Source of the DNA: Bdellovibrionota bacterium
GTDB taxonomy: Bacteria; Bdellovibrionota_C; UBA2361; CAKMMH01
DNA length: 64,000 nucleotides
Assembly: GCA_050952645.1 (NCBI GenBank)
Contig: JBMNLI010000012.1
Span: 287,588 to 351,587 of the forward strand
Reading direction: 5' to 3'
Shown here: positions 9,358-20,617 of the stretch, piece after piece
Numbering within the stretch: the stretch's first letter is position 1
Layout: each line of letters begins with the position of its first letter
The notes under the pieces: model-generated
Databases searched by the model: none
Told to the model about the DNA's origin: nothing
What the model saw: the letters and a program-made list of their open reading frames with translations, nothing else
Position numbers and translations under genes: made by a program

Positions 9358-11502
9358 ATGAAAGATATGGGAGGATATAATATTTTTAGTGGAAATAACT
9401 CACCTGAAACAAAAGAAAGAACAAAAGCAAGAGGTGAAGTAACAAAGGGTAATAAGAGAGAAGAACCGCTAAAAAATTTTTCCTTTAATAAAGGTAAAGA
9501 TGGTGAAACTATAGAATTTAACCCTACCGATTTTAAGAAAGTTCAACAAAGAGAAGATAATACTCAGAGAACCTTAGATTTAAACTCCCCTCACGATCCA
9601 AATGGAGCAAATACACCAGATCCAAATTCCTCTCCTGACCCCAACAACAGTACTAATCCTCAGATAAAATATGATATGTATGAGGGAAAATTTAATATGA
9701 GAGGGTTGCGTGAAGAATTTAAAGAAGCAGTAGCGAAATATAATCGTATATCAGATAGTGATATTGCTGATAAGAAAGAAGCTAGGCGAAAAATGGATAA
9801 AGCTGGGAAGCTTTATGATGCTGAGTTAGAAAAATCATTAGGGTCAGAAGGCAGACGTGGAATGAGCAATCGGGACATATTTGAAAGCTTAAATGAAGAA
9901 CAAAGAGCGGCATTAGATTATGGAACAATAGTACTCATTATAGATAGTAATTTAGAAGATAGTAAAATAAATTTAACTGAAAAAAAACCTACTAGAGCTT
10001 CAAATGTACCTGCAAAATATAAAGACCGTCTGCTTATTATAACTGGTTCTACAGGGAATATAGAAGTTAAAAAAGCTAAAATAGATCAAGGCGCAAGCTT
10101 GGGAGTTGTTTATCTAAACAAAACCAATGGTAATGATAAGAATAATAGTATCGAAATAGTAATAAGAAGTGGGCAGTTTATTCACGCCGTAATGGTAAAT
10201 GAAGGTGGTGTAAAATTTTGCTTTAATGGGACTCCTGAAGACACAAGCAAAAATCAGCCAGCTAACATAATAGTTCTTGATCACTCAATACTAAGGGGAG
10301 TTAAAAAAGCAACATCTTGTTGTGCAATAGGAACTACATTTGATGGTAGCGCATTAGGTGAGGGATTCGTTGGTTTAGCTAGAGCATATAATAATCGAAT
10401 CCCAATAATAGGAAGAGCTATGCAAGCGTATTATACGTTAACTGGAAATGAAAAAAAGAGTATTAAATTACAAGTATATGGATTATTAGGCAACACAATA
10501 TGGGATAAAACAACTGCAATTTGGCCTGAAGGTCAAACGATATTTGAGGAATTTACAAAAAGATTTCAAAAAGGTAAATATAATAAACGTTTTATAAGTC
10601 CATCGACTAAAGAAAATTATGAAGATTTAATTCGAGAACTATTAAAAGAGCTTCCTGAAGATAAAAAAACGATTAAAGGTTTAATGGAAGCTGTTCAAGA
10701 AAATGAAGATTTAAGTGATGATGAAAAAAGTTTTTTAATCCAAGCATTAAAAACAGTAGATACTGATATAAAAGAATATTATGCCAAAATGTGTCGTAAA
10801 CTTTTAAAATATTGTTCTTGGCCAATGATTTTTAAAAAACCTCCGCAACCATTAGATTTAACAGATGGGCTAGAAAGGCTTCAAAAAGATCCTTGCGTAG
10901 ATATGAAAAAATTAAATGTAGAAGATCTTGCAGATTATGGAATTAATGAGAGAAAATTCCTAAATAATGTCGACAAGGGACACGAGCATATTTATTTAAT
11001 AGTTGATGAAGATACTGGAAGAAGATTCGTAACGGTAGGACGACTTGATGGAAAATTAAATGTAGCAAACATAGTTGACCAAAGAGATCCAAAAAATGGA
11101 CGTTTCGCTACATTCCCAGAACTTTACTCAGACGACATTCGAGTATTTCAATTATTAAGAAAAATCACCACAACCCCTGAAGAGTTTGAAACTAGGAGAA
11201 AAGAATTAAAAATTAGCGATGATGATTTGAAGGAAGTTTTCAAATTTTTCAATCTTAATGAAAATAATCCTTGGGAAACTGATGGCAGAAGCTATATGGA
11301 AAATTATCAAATCTTTCAAGACAGACTTATCACTTGGTTTAATAGTAGGTCGGAGAGATATGGTAATCATGAAGACTTAGTCCAATATAAGAATCCTAAG
11401 ATCACTAAGGAGGTAGAAGTTGGAGGGTTTGTAAGTGAAATTAAAGAAAACAGACAGAACACGGATGCTTTAGAAGGGTTTCTTATAAAGCTCCCTGACT
11501 AA
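9358..11502 (+). CDS. hypothetical 714-aa protein (Pro/Asn-rich N-terminal region, no signal peptide)
   Basis: Long intact ORF. Alternative start at 9367 has better SD spacing. No recognisable domain. Slightly GC-richer than its surroundings. Confidence 0.45.
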   Translation: MKDMGGYNIFSGNNSPETKERTKARGEVTKGNKREEPLKNFSFNKGKDGETIEFNPTDFKKVQQREDNTQRTLDLNSPHDPNGANTPDPNSSPDPNNSTNPQIKYDMYEGKFNMRGLREEFKEAVAKYNRISDSDIADKKEARRKMDKAGKLYDAELEKSLGSEGRRGMSNRDIFESLNEEQRAALDYGTIVLIIDSNLEDSKINLTEKKPTRASNVPAKYKDRLLIITGSTGNIEVKKAKIDQGASLGVVYLNKTNGNDKNNSIEIVIRSGQFIHAVMVNEGGVKFCFNGTPEDTSKNQPANIIVLDHSILRGVKKATSCCAIGTTFDGSALGEGFVGLARAYNNRIPIIGRAMQAYYTLTGNEKKSIKLQVYGLLGNTIWDKTTAIWPEGQTIFEEFTKRFQKGKYNKRFISPSTKENYEDLIRELLKELPEDKKTIKGLMEAVQENEDLSDDEKSFLIQALKTVDTDIKEYYAKMCRKLLKYCSWPMIFKKPPQPLDLTDGLERLQKDPCVDMKKLNVEDLADYGINERKFLNNVDKGHEHIYLIVDEDTGRRFVTVGRLDGKLNVANIVDQRDPKNGRFATFPELYSDDIRVFQLLRKITTTPEEFETRRKELKISDDDLKEVFKFFNLNENNPWETDGRSYMENYQIFQDRLITWFNSRSERYGNHEDLVQYKNPKITKEVEVGGFVSEIKENRQNTDALEGFLIKLPD

Positions 11503-11580
11503 AATATAATATCAATATTTTATCAGAACAATCAGCTTTATTAAAAATTGCCTAAGCGTGTGAAAAATTTTTTTAAAGCC

Positions 11581-12477
11581 TTACTTAGCATTCAACCTAA
11601 CCACATTCTCCATAAGCGTTGCTATAGTCATAGGGCCTACGCCGTTTGGAACGGGGCTTATAAATACGTCTTTATTTTTAAAGCTTTCAAAGTCGATATC
11701 CCCTACTACTTTATTGTCGCTCGCTCTGTTTATTCCGACATCTATTAAAATAGCACCATCTTTTACATTGTCCGAGTTTATCAATTTTTCTTTGCCAACC
11801 GCTGAAACTATAATATCTTTATCCTTTACTTGCAAAGCTAAGTCCTTAGTTCTTGAATGCGAAATAGTAACCGTTGCATTTTGCCTTAAAAGCATAAACG
11901 AAAGAGGAAGCCCTACAAGCATAGAACGCCCAATAACTAGCGCATTTTTACCCGATAAATCTATCTTTTCAAAACTTTCTAACCCATCATGGCTATTGCC
12001 ATTAAGTGAAAGACTTATTAACTCCATAACCGCCTTTGGCGTGCAAGGATATACGCTCGGCTTGCCATTAAATAATTTGCTAGTATTAATCGGAGTTAAA
12101 CAATCCACATCCTTATTAGGCGAAATTAAAGATAGAAAATAGTTTTTATCAAAACCATTAGGAAGCGGAAGCTGAAGCAATATCCCCGTAATATTAGTAT
12201 CTAAATTTAATTTAAATATAACCTCTTCTAACTCTTTCTTAGAAATATCCTTGTCTAAAAAAATCGTCTCCGTTTCTATAAAACATTCCTTTGCTTTTTT
12301 CTCCTTGTTTGAAACGTAAATTTTAGACGCCTCATCGTCCCCAACTAATATAACAGCAAGCTTTGGAAGCTTTTCCCCATTAGCTATAAGCTTAGAAACC
12401 TTGCTCTTAACCGCTTCAAATTTTTTTTTAGCAAAATATGCACCATCTAAAATAATAGGAGTTCCCATAAAAATCAC
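11581..12477 (-). CDS. folD: bifunctional methylenetetrahydrofolate dehydrogenase/cyclohydrolase FolD
   Basis: Full-length similarity to FolD (LAVILVGDDEASKIYV ... ILLQLPLP ... NGVGPMTIATLMEN). True start may be the Met at 12468. Confidence 0.85.
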   Translation of the reverse strand: MIFMGTPIILDGAYFAKKKFEAVKSKVSKLIANGEKLPKLAVILVGDDEASKIYVSNKEKKAKECFIETETIFLDKDISKKELEEVIFKLNLDTNITGILLQLPLPNGFDKNYFLSLISPNKDVDCLTPINTSKLFNGKPSVYPCTPKAVMELISLSLNGNSHDGLESFEKIDLSGKNALVIGRSMLVGLPLSFMLLRQNATVTISHSRTKDLALQVKDKDIIVSAVGKEKLINSDNVKDGAILIDVGINRASDNKVVGDIDFESFKNKDVFISPVPNGVGPMTIATLMENVVRLNAK

Positions 12478-12523
12478 TCTCTCTTTCTTTAATCCTACTA
12501 AATCTTAAATTAAATTTTTCGGC

Positions 12524-12742
12524 TCTTCACCGTTTTAAGTGGATTAAAGACCTTAAAATTAGTATCACGCACCCCACAAAGCCTAAAAGAAAATTGACTT
12601 TAAAGAAATTTGCATAAAATAAATTACTTTAAATATAGTTGTAATTTTTCTTTAAACTATAGCTAGTTTTTTACAAAAGCCAATTTTCTTTTAAGCTAAC
12701 CTAAAAAACAATTTTTCTAACCCACCCAAAACATGAAGAACC
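12524..12742. repeat. MITE-like element, copy 2 (~219 bp, full-length, uninterrupted; contains the empty group II intron target site at 12696/12697)
   Basis: Ends resemble the TIR of copy 1. About 120 bp of internal sequence is near-identical to 21225-21338, and the 3' part matches 23237-23283. Confidence 0.65.
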
Positions 12743-12808
12743 AATTTCTCTTATATGCCTCAAAATATTTTTTTAAAAGCATCTTAACTTAAAACTGAGA
12801 AGCTCTCC

Positions 12809-13660
12809 TTACTTTAATCTTCCCTCTATAAAAGGAACCTTAAAAACATTTTCGTGAAACACAGGGCCATGCCCAAAAAGCCCGTTCTCTCCAAAAAGCT
12901 CGCCATGGTCAGAGGTAATTATTATATGGGTATTTCTTGGAATAATATCGTAAAGCTTTTCCATAACCATATCTAAATACTCAACATTTTTTTCTTGCTT
13001 TTGCTTTAACTTTTCCATTCTATCCATAAAATAATATGCATTTGAAATTTCTCCATCTGTAGCATTAGCTAAATTAGGCTCAAAATGCTCATCATCTAAA
13101 TGTTTAAAAACTCCATTTTCACCATATAAAAGTTCATTATCTTTTACAGTCTCTTTAGGGAGTGTAAACGGATAATGCGTTTCCCCAGTATTTAATAAAT
13201 AAAATGATGGAATATCTTCATAAAAAGTAAGCTCATCTAACATCGCATCAAAATTATTATACTCATCTACTAACTCATACCTATCAAAATGCTTATTTAA
13301 AATAGTAGTTTGATTTAATACAGGCATGGAAACTAGCGCATTAGTCCTATAACCTTGCTTTCTTAAATACGCAGGAAGCGAAAGCTCTGGAACGAAATTC
13401 TTAAATGAAACCCCATCGATATTTAATCTTTGCTCGTAATTTGCAAAATCCTTTTTATAAACCTCAGATGCAAACACCCCTTTTCCATTCGTGTGCGGAC
13501 TAGCCCCCATCATATATACTGCATGCGATGGGATAGTCCAAGATGCGTAAGCATACCTACATTCCTTTTCGCCTAGTCTATCTATATTAGGAGTTTTAGC
13601 ATTATAAAACGTATCGAATCTACAACTATCAAATACTATAAACAATAAATTATTTTTCAT
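12809..13660 (-). CDS. alkaline-phosphatase-superfamily sulfatase-like protein, paralog 2 (short form)
   Basis: N-terminal LLFIVFDSCRFD metal-binding motif and C-terminal IITSDHGELFGENGLFGHG motif. Confidence 0.55.
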   Translation of the reverse strand: MKNNLLFIVFDSCRFDTFYNAKTPNIDRLGEKECRYAYASWTIPSHAVYMMGASPHTNGKGVFASEVYKKDFANYEQRLNIDGVSFKNFVPELSLPAYLRKQGYRTNALVSMPVLNQTTILNKHFDRYELVDEYNNFDAMLDELTFYEDIPSFYLLNTGETHYPFTLPKETVKDNELLYGENGVFKHLDDEHFEPNLANATDGEISNAYYFMDRMEKLKQKQEKNVEYLDMVMEKLYDIIPRNTHIIITSDHGELFGENGLFGHGPVFHENVFKVPFIEGRLK

Positions 13661-13694
13661 ATCACTAATAAATTAAAAATACATAAAGAATAAA

Positions 13695-14525
13695 TTAAAT
13701 TTCTACTTTAAATATTTTACTAGCTACTAAACCACTTAAAATAGAAACTATTAAAAATACGTATATCCAATTAAGCTTAATACCAAAATAGCTTTGCTCC
13801 GCTTTTGGATACCTTATAGAAATGCTCTCTATTTCCTTAAAATCTTTACTTATACTATATTTTGAAGGAAATAGTATCGCCTCAAAAAAACTTTTTGAAC
13901 ACGTAGAAAACTCTGGTCTACCATTATCACTAAGCTTTACTGGAATACTTAACGATCCCCCATCTTGCACAAGGTTTAAAGTGATATTTTTGTTTTCTTT
14001 CGTGTGAATATTATCAACTTTAAACTTCCAAAAAACTTTCGACTCGTCTTCTATTCTTAGCGAGGGGCTTACCGTCCCTTTATCACTACTTAAACTATAA
14101 TCAAATAAGTCGGAAGCTTTATCAAAACTAATCTCTATTATAGCATCTTCGTTTAATTTTAACCCCCTATTTTGAAAATTAAAATTCATTTGTGCCATAA
14201 TAAGAAGCGCAGGAATCATTAAAATTAAAAGAGGCACTAGGGCATACGTTAAATACCTTACTCCTTGCTTTAAAAGCTCTAATTGTGCGTTTAAACACAC
14301 TTTTACGCTATGTCTATATAATGCAACCTCTAATATTCTTGCTGCAACTTTTCTTTTAGTTTTTTTTAACCCTTTCTGGTTTGAAACTTTTCCATACACT
14401 AATAAAAATATTATTCCACTTAAAATAGAAATATAAAGTATTTTTATCTCATCACTAAAATTTCTTACAGGATATAAAAAAATATCAAAGATAGCTACTA
14501 ATATACTATTTAATTTATTTGCCAT
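13695..14525 (-). CDS. hypothetical integral membrane protein
   Basis: Several hydrophobic helices. No domain recognised. Confidence 0.4.
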   Translation of the reverse strand: MANKLNSILVAIFDIFLYPVRNFSDEIKILYISILSGIIFLLVYGKVSNQKGLKKTKRKVAARILEVALYRHSVKVCLNAQLELLKQGVRYLTYALVPLLILMIPALLIMAQMNFNFQNRGLKLNEDAIIEISFDKASDLFDYSLSSDKGTVSPSLRIEDESKVFWKFKVDNIHTKENKNITLNLVQDGGSLSIPVKLSDNGRPEFSTCSKSFFEAILFPSKYSISKDFKEIESISIRYPKAEQSYFGIKLNWIYVFLIVSILSGLVASKIFKVEI

Positions 14526-14542
14526 AAACTGCCACGTATTAC

Positions 14543-14764
14543 TTAATCTAAATATCCAAGCCCTTTTAACTTGCTAGAAATAGCATCTATTTCACTTTGA
14601 GATAAATCACTAGCATCTTTAGAACTTTCTGCATTTAAAATCCTATCGGTTTCAGTTTCTAACACTTTGCAAGCAAACTCACTTACTGAAACTCCCATAG
14701 TGTCCGCTACTTTTTTAAGTTTCTCATAAAGCAAATCATCTATTTTTATTTTTTTCGCAAACAT
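14543..14764 (-). CDS. small ribbon-helix-helix (CopG/Arc-like) protein
   Basis: N-terminal strand-helix pattern (DDLLYEKLKKVADTMGVSVSEFACKVLE). C-terminus ends KLKGLGYLD, resembling the tails of the neighbouring hydrolases. Confidence 0.35.
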   Translation of the reverse strand: MFAKKIKIDDLLYEKLKKVADTMGVSVSEFACKVLETETDRILNAESSKDASDLSQSEIDAISSKLKGLGYLD

Positions 14765-14845
14765 AACTCTAACACTCCTATATAAAATTTTATCTTACTA
14801 TATCTTACGTTTTTTAACTAATATTTTAAATGGTAAAAAATATAA

Positions 14846-16957
14846 TTAAAATATATCCTTTCCCTCCATATACTTTGGAGGATTAAGAGCAAATAATTTT
14901 AAAATGCTTGGTGCTAAATCTATTATATTTACCTTTTCTTCTTTTATTTTTATATTAGAAAAAAGCACTCCTTCAACAATTTCAGGCGATACGTCATGGT
15001 CTGCACTCCAAGCTTTCGTATTATCCGAAAAAATCTCCTTTTCTAATGCTCCTTGCACTCCACCCCAAGAAACTCTATAAGTGTCCTCAGCTCCTATAAT
15101 AAGGTCTGGGGCATCATCGACATATAGCCCTTTGTAAATTTTCTTAGCATCAAATATACGCCTTATTGCACGCTTTCCCGTTTTAGGGTCTAAAAGCAAA
15201 ATTAAATTTTTACTTATTTCATTTTTTAAATCTTCTAGTTCGCTATCTTCTACTATACCATTGGTCTCTCTTCCTTTTCTATTTATAAAAATTCCTGCCA
15301 TACCTACTGCAAACGCTTTGGTTTTTGACCAATCAACATTTAGAAAATACTCATCAGTCTCTTTGCTCGGGTCTTTTAATACCATATAGCCATTTTGAAC
15401 TAGCCAAGTATTTAAATTAAAACCTCGTCTAAATGATGTAAACCCATGGTCGGACATTATTATAAGCACATCATCTTTATTTATTTTCTTTAGCGTTTTA
15501 CCTATAAGCTCATCCATTTTTTCATACATTTCAACTATGGTATTTTCAAACTTTTCCCTATCTTCACAAGGCGATGGATGGTCTTTTTCTAAATATCTCC
15601 AAAACATATGTTGTATTCTATCGCTCGCATCGAATACACAAGCGCAAAATCCTTCTGGAGTATTTTTTAATGAGTTAAAAAACATCTCTTCTCTTTCTTT
15701 GTGGTTTTCGTAAGTTTGTTTTAAAAACGTTTCATCATCGAGCGCTTTTTCATTTCTTCCCCACGTATCCTCCATAAGCCCTAGTGTGCCATAAAGCCCT
15801 TGCAGTTTTGCTAGGTAGCTAGAAAAAACTACTGGGTGCGAAATAGGAAGCGCAGGTTTCTCGGGGCTTATATTTATAGGTGTTTGATATAGTAAGAAAG
15901 GCTTAATACTTCTTAAGCAAAATTTTGATATACCTTGAATAACTCTTCTACCAGATTTAAAATTGAGCGGAATCCAAGGCGTATATTCACCTACTTCTAA
16001 ATCGTATTTTTCTTTACCTATAATCAAAGTTCCTTTATTTTTATTTTTATTTTTACTTTTAACTTTATTACTATCTTTATTATTATTACTGTTATTGTTA
16101 TCTATAACTACCTTAAAAGGTAGAGTTAAAACTGTACCATTCTTTTTAAAAGGATCGTTTGGGCCTTGAACGCTTGAAGATACTTCGCCATTATTTTCTA
16201 TAACTCTTATAAAAGTTCCTCCCGTAGCACGCACTAAAAGCTTCTCATCGTCTGTGTAAGCTAAAAATGAGCCTTGAGTTCCTTTTAAGTCGGGAACGCA
16301 CATAGCAGATAATATATTTCCATCAAACTTCTCTGGCGGATACGAAATAGGAACTCTTAGAATATTTGCAAAAATACCTTTCTTGCCAAGAATGGTCCAA
16401 AAAGGCTTGCTTTTTCTTAAAAGTTTAACAGTAGCTTTACTCGATTTTATAAAACCAAATTTCTTAAAAAACCTCGTTTCAGTTTTAGTTGAAGAAAGCT
16501 CTGGTAAACAGTATCTTTTATCTCTAGTTAAAAAATCAAAAATATTGTGAGCCCCAGGATTTACTCCCGTTTGAAACGTCGACCAAGCCACTGGTGAAAT
16601 CGACGGTATAGTGCTTCCTAGTCGTCTATAATCTCCTTGCTCTTTTAAATATTTGAAATTTGGAAGTCTCCCCTCTTCTATATATTTTTCTACTAATTTA
16701 GGCGATAAACCATCTAAGCCTATTAAAACTACTCTCCTAGTTCTAGCGTTTTTATCTATACCTTTTCCACTAATCTTTCTTACGATTAACTGTATTGGCC
16801 AGAAAGCAAGCGTTAGTATAGCTAAAAATATGGCTATCACGAATACAAAAGCCGAACCAATAAAAGCAAACCCAGCCCCTGGGCCTACGTAAGCAAATGC
16901 ATTAGTTGGAGTTAGTAATAGTAAGATTACAAAAAAAATTTTCTTATTTAATTTCAT
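14846..16957 (-). CDS. membrane-anchored type I phosphodiesterase/nucleotide pyrophosphatase (ENPP-like, alkaline phosphatase superfamily)
   Basis: Signal/TM segment at the N-terminus. VVLIGLDGLSP ... SISPVAWSTFQTGVNPGAHNI core typical of the ENPP family. Asn/Lys-rich low-complexity insertion. Confidence 0.65.
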   Translation of the reverse strand: MKLNKKIFFVILLLLTPTNAFAYVGPGAGFAFIGSAFVFVIAIFLAILTLAFWPIQLIVRKISGKGIDKNARTRRVVLIGLDGLSPKLVEKYIEEGRLPNFKYLKEQGDYRRLGSTIPSISPVAWSTFQTGVNPGAHNIFDFLTRDKRYCLPELSSTKTETRFFKKFGFIKSSKATVKLLRKSKPFWTILGKKGIFANILRVPISYPPEKFDGNILSAMCVPDLKGTQGSFLAYTDDEKLLVRATGGTFIRVIENNGEVSSSVQGPNDPFKKNGTVLTLPFKVVIDNNNSNNNKDSNKVKSKNKNKNKGTLIIGKEKYDLEVGEYTPWIPLNFKSGRRVIQGISKFCLRSIKPFLLYQTPINISPEKPALPISHPVVFSSYLAKLQGLYGTLGLMEDTWGRNEKALDDETFLKQTYENHKEREEMFFNSLKNTPEGFCACVFDASDRIQHMFWRYLEKDHPSPCEDREKFENTIVEMYEKMDELIGKTLKKINKDDVLIIMSDHGFTSFRRGFNLNTWLVQNGYMVLKDPSKETDEYFLNVDWSKTKAFAVGMAGIFINRKGRETNGIVEDSELEDLKNEISKNLILLLDPKTGKRAIRRIFDAKKIYKGLYVDDAPDLIIGAEDTYRVSWGGVQGALEKEIFSDNTKAWSADHDVSPEIVEGVLFSNIKIKEEKVNIIDLAPSILKLFALNPPKYMEGKDIF

Positions 16958-16983
16958 ATGAAAAAATACTACCTTATTTATAT

Positions 16984-18322
16984 TTAATTTATATATCCTA
17001 ACGTAGTTAAGTGTTCTTTAGTTTTTTTATCTAGCTTAACGTTCGTAGTTTCAGTTTTAAAAATAGATTTACTTTTTAAATGTTCTTCCATTTTAGTTCT
17101 CATAGTTTTTAGTAAATCTTTATTCACATTTAAATTAGATTTTAACTCAATAGGGTCGGTTTTCCAATCGAAAAACTCTTCTTTCTCTTTAGTTTTAGGT
17201 GTTGCAAAAGTTTTTATATAATGAAAATTTTTATATATAATAGAGTGGATTTCAGGCTTGCCCGTCCTTTCTCTACTAGCTAAATCTGAAAATAAAAATT
17301 TTTCTTTAAATTTCTTATCTGTAATAAACGCTTCGCTTAAGTCGTCCCCTTCCCAATAATTTCTTTTATCAGATTTTAAAAGCTTTGCTAATGTTGGAAG
17401 CACATCGAGATGAGATGCATTAAAATTTATCTCTTTTCCTTTTAGTCCACGCATATAAAAAAACAGTGGCACTCTTAAAACTTCCCTATTTAATGTTTTG
17501 CCGTGTCCTTTTTCTGGATTTCCAAAATCGTTTAACCTTTCAGAAAATGCTTCTCCATGGTCGGCAGTGAAAATTATAAGTGTGTCCTTATCCCAACCAA
17601 ACTCTTTGTATAGTTTTTTTATAGCATCATCTACGTAAGATATCTCGCTATCATAATTTATAATATCTCTCCTCTCATTTTTTAAAGCATTTCTAGCAAA
17701 TTTTTCTTGAAAATGGTACGGGCCATGAGGATCCATGTAATGAATGTATAAAAAATATTTCTTTGACATTTCCATTCTTTCTTTAAGCGATAAAATTTTT
17801 TTATTTACTGCCGTTGCCCCTTTATAGCGACTAGTTATTAACTTATCGAAACCTTGAGCAAACCCCATCTCTTTTGAAATATTTAAATTGTCTGCAACTC
17901 CAAAGGTATCATACTGGGCATCCTTAAAAAGCTCAGTCATCGTTAAAACATCTTCAGGAATCCTGTTTAATTTAAATTTGCTTTTATTATCCCTCTTAGA
18001 ATGTATAAAGCCTATTTTTACCCCATGGTCTTTTTGATAAAGAGAGGTAAAAAGCGATGCGGTAGCAGGAGCGGTATATGAAGATGTAGAATAGAAATTT
18101 TTAAATAATATAGAATTGTCTATAAGCGTGTTTAAAAAAAGGCGTCGTGTTATATTTATAGCCATAAAAAGGCAGGTGGTCTGCTCTTAACGTATCTACT
18201 AAGATAAAGACTACTTTATTAGGTAGCTCTGTTAATTGTTTATTATCCTTTTTAAATAATAAACAAATAGAAGTGATAAATAATATTATTACTATTAATC
18301 CTAAAAAAACTTTTTTCTTCAT
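16984..18322 (-). pseudogene. frameshifted alkaline-phosphatase-superfamily hydrolase (paralog of 1785..3158): N-terminal piece 18101..18322, C-terminal piece 16984..18165
   Basis: The 73-aa ORF carries the signal peptide and FILVDTLRADHL motif. The overlapping 393-aa ORF continues with YTAPATASLFTS..HG ... ADHGEAF and the LTTLGYIN tail. The two frames overlap at 18101-18165. Confidence 0.6.
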
Positions 18323-18515
18323 AAAATAAAAATCCTTTTAATATTTTAAAATATTCAAGTTATTTTTTCAAATTATTTATATATAAATGAAACTATAGAA
18401 ATAGTATTTTATATTTTAAAATTTTATTTTTTCTTATTCTCTTTTAAACTATCTACCTTTATCTTTATCTTTATCTTTTTTGTCTTAATTTTTTTAAGCT
18501 TTATAATTTTTAGTC

Positions 18516-20560
18516 TTATTCTTTACTAGCTTTATCTTTATTAGATTTATCTTCTTTAGCTTTATTATTTTCAAGTGCGTTTCTAGTATCATCTTTTATA
18601 TCATCATTTACATTATTTTTAGTATCATCTTTAGAATTATTTTTTAAATCATTTTTTTCGTCGTTAGAAGAAATTTTTTTACCATCTACGATTTCATCTA
18701 TTTCATCAGCATTAAGAGTTTCTTTTTCTAATACTCTTTTTGCTAGCTCTTCTAGTGTGTTTTTATTATCTAAAACTATTCTTCTTGTCGTATTATAACA
18801 CTCATCTATTATTCTTCTAACCTCAGCATCGATTTCTAGTTGTGTAGTTTCAGAATACTCTCTAGCTTTACCAAACTCTTTTCCTAAAAACACGTGTTCG
18901 TCTTTAGATGAATAATTTATAGGTCCTAACTTTTCACTCATTCCCCATTGACAAACCATTTTTCTTGCGATATTCGTGGCACTTTCAATATCAGAACTAG
19001 CACCAGTGTTAAAATGGTTAAATACTATTTCTTCGGCAGCTCGTCCTCCCATTAGCACTACAATCTTATCTACTAAATAATCTTTAGAATAAGTATGCCT
19101 ATCCGACTCAGGAAGCTGCTGCGTAACTCCTAGAGCCATACCACGGGGCACTATGGTTAATTTATGCACAGGATCTGCATTTTTTAGCTTTTTAGCCACT
19201 AGTGTATGCCCAGCTTCATGGTAAGCGGTAGTTTCTTTTTCTTCATCCGTAAGTATCAAAGAGCGTCTTTCAGCACCCATTAAAACTTTGTCTTTAGCAA
19301 ATTCAAAATCTGAATTTTCTACCTTTTCTTTATTTTGTCTAGCCGCATAAAGCGCTGCTTCATTTACTAAAATCTCTAAATCTGCACCTGAAAATCCAGG
19401 AGTGCCCCTAGCTATAATTTCTAAGTCTACATTATCTGCTAGAGGAGTTTTTCTAGTATGAACTTTTAATATCCCATGGCGTCCGTTAATATCTGGTCTA
19501 GGCACTACTACTTGTCTATCAAATCGTCCTGGGCGAAGAAGCGCAGGGTCTAGCACGTCTGGTCTATTAGTAGCAGCAATCAAGATTACCCCTTCATTAC
19601 TTTCAAAGCCGTCCATTTCAACTAAAAGTTGATTTAGAGTTTGCTCTCTCTCATCGTGTCCCCCACCCATACCTGCTCCACGATGGCGACCTACGGCATC
19701 TATTTCATCTATAAAAATTATGCAAGGAGCATTCTTTTTTCCTTGAATAAATAAATCCCTTACCCTTGAAGCTCCAACACCTACGAACATTTCAACGAAA
19801 TCTGAGCCTGAAATACTAAAAAAAGGAACGCCAGCCTCTCCTGCTATGGCTCTAGCTAAAAGCGTCTTTCCAGTCCCAGGGGAACCTACTAAAAGCACTC
19901 CCTTTGGAATTCTACCTCCTAATTTTGAAAATCTTTTTGGTTCTTTTAAAAATTCTATTATTTCTTCAAGCTCTGCTCTAGCTTCATCTATTCCAGCAAC
20001 GTCTTCAAACGTAACTTTATTTTGATTTTCATTTAAAAGCTTTGCCTTAGATTTTCCAAAACTCATTCCTTTTCCAGAGTTCATTGAAACTTGGCGCATA
20101 AAAAATACCCATATAGCTATGATTATTACTAAAGGAAGCAAGTTTATTAAAACTAAATAATACCAAGGCTCTTCTTTTTCTTCCTTAACCTCTATCTCAA
20201 CACCTTTTTTATTTAATTTATTTATAAGCTTTGGATCGTCTGGGGCGATAGTTGAAAACTGTTCAATAGTATCGAAATATGAGCCAGTTATTTTAGAACC
20301 AGATATTTTTACAGATTTTATATTGCCAGATTCTAATTTTTGATAAAAATTGTGAATAAGAAATTTCAGAACTCTTTTTTATGTCAGGATTCATCGGCAC
20401 CATATAGAGAAAAAATCATTATCGGCAAGGAAAACCCAAAATATTAAATTCTTTACTGTTTGGTTCACGGAAAAAACTCCTAATAAAAATAAAAAAACAC
20501 TAGTAAATATAATAAACTTAACTCTAGTTAAGAGCAATAAGCTAATAAAACTATTTACCT
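18516..20560 (-). CDS. ftsH: ATP-dependent zinc metalloprotease FtsH; intact from TM2 onward, N-terminal ~150 codons interrupted by frameshifts
   Basis: Walker A GSPGTGKT, second region of homology (SRH), and HEAGH zinc motif. Upstream, [20 protein letters not shown] is followed in the +1 frame by [12 protein letters not shown]...[22 protein letters not shown]1-like segment sits further upstream in a third frame. Confidence 0.8.
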
Positions 20561-20617
20561 TAAATTCTCGTAAAAAATAAAAAAAACATTCAAAATAATA
20601 AAAAATAAGTTATACGA

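Noticed and set aside
11714-12142. 142-aa plus-strand ORF inside folD
   Set aside because: Antisense to a full-length, well-conserved FolD. No RBS or homology.
20142-20617. Apparent 475-bp non-coding gap between ftsH and dut
   Set aside because: It encodes the FtsH N-terminal periplasmic/TM region on the minus strand in shifted frames ([10 protein letters not shown] / [12 protein letters not shown]...). It is not intergenic DNA or a novel element.
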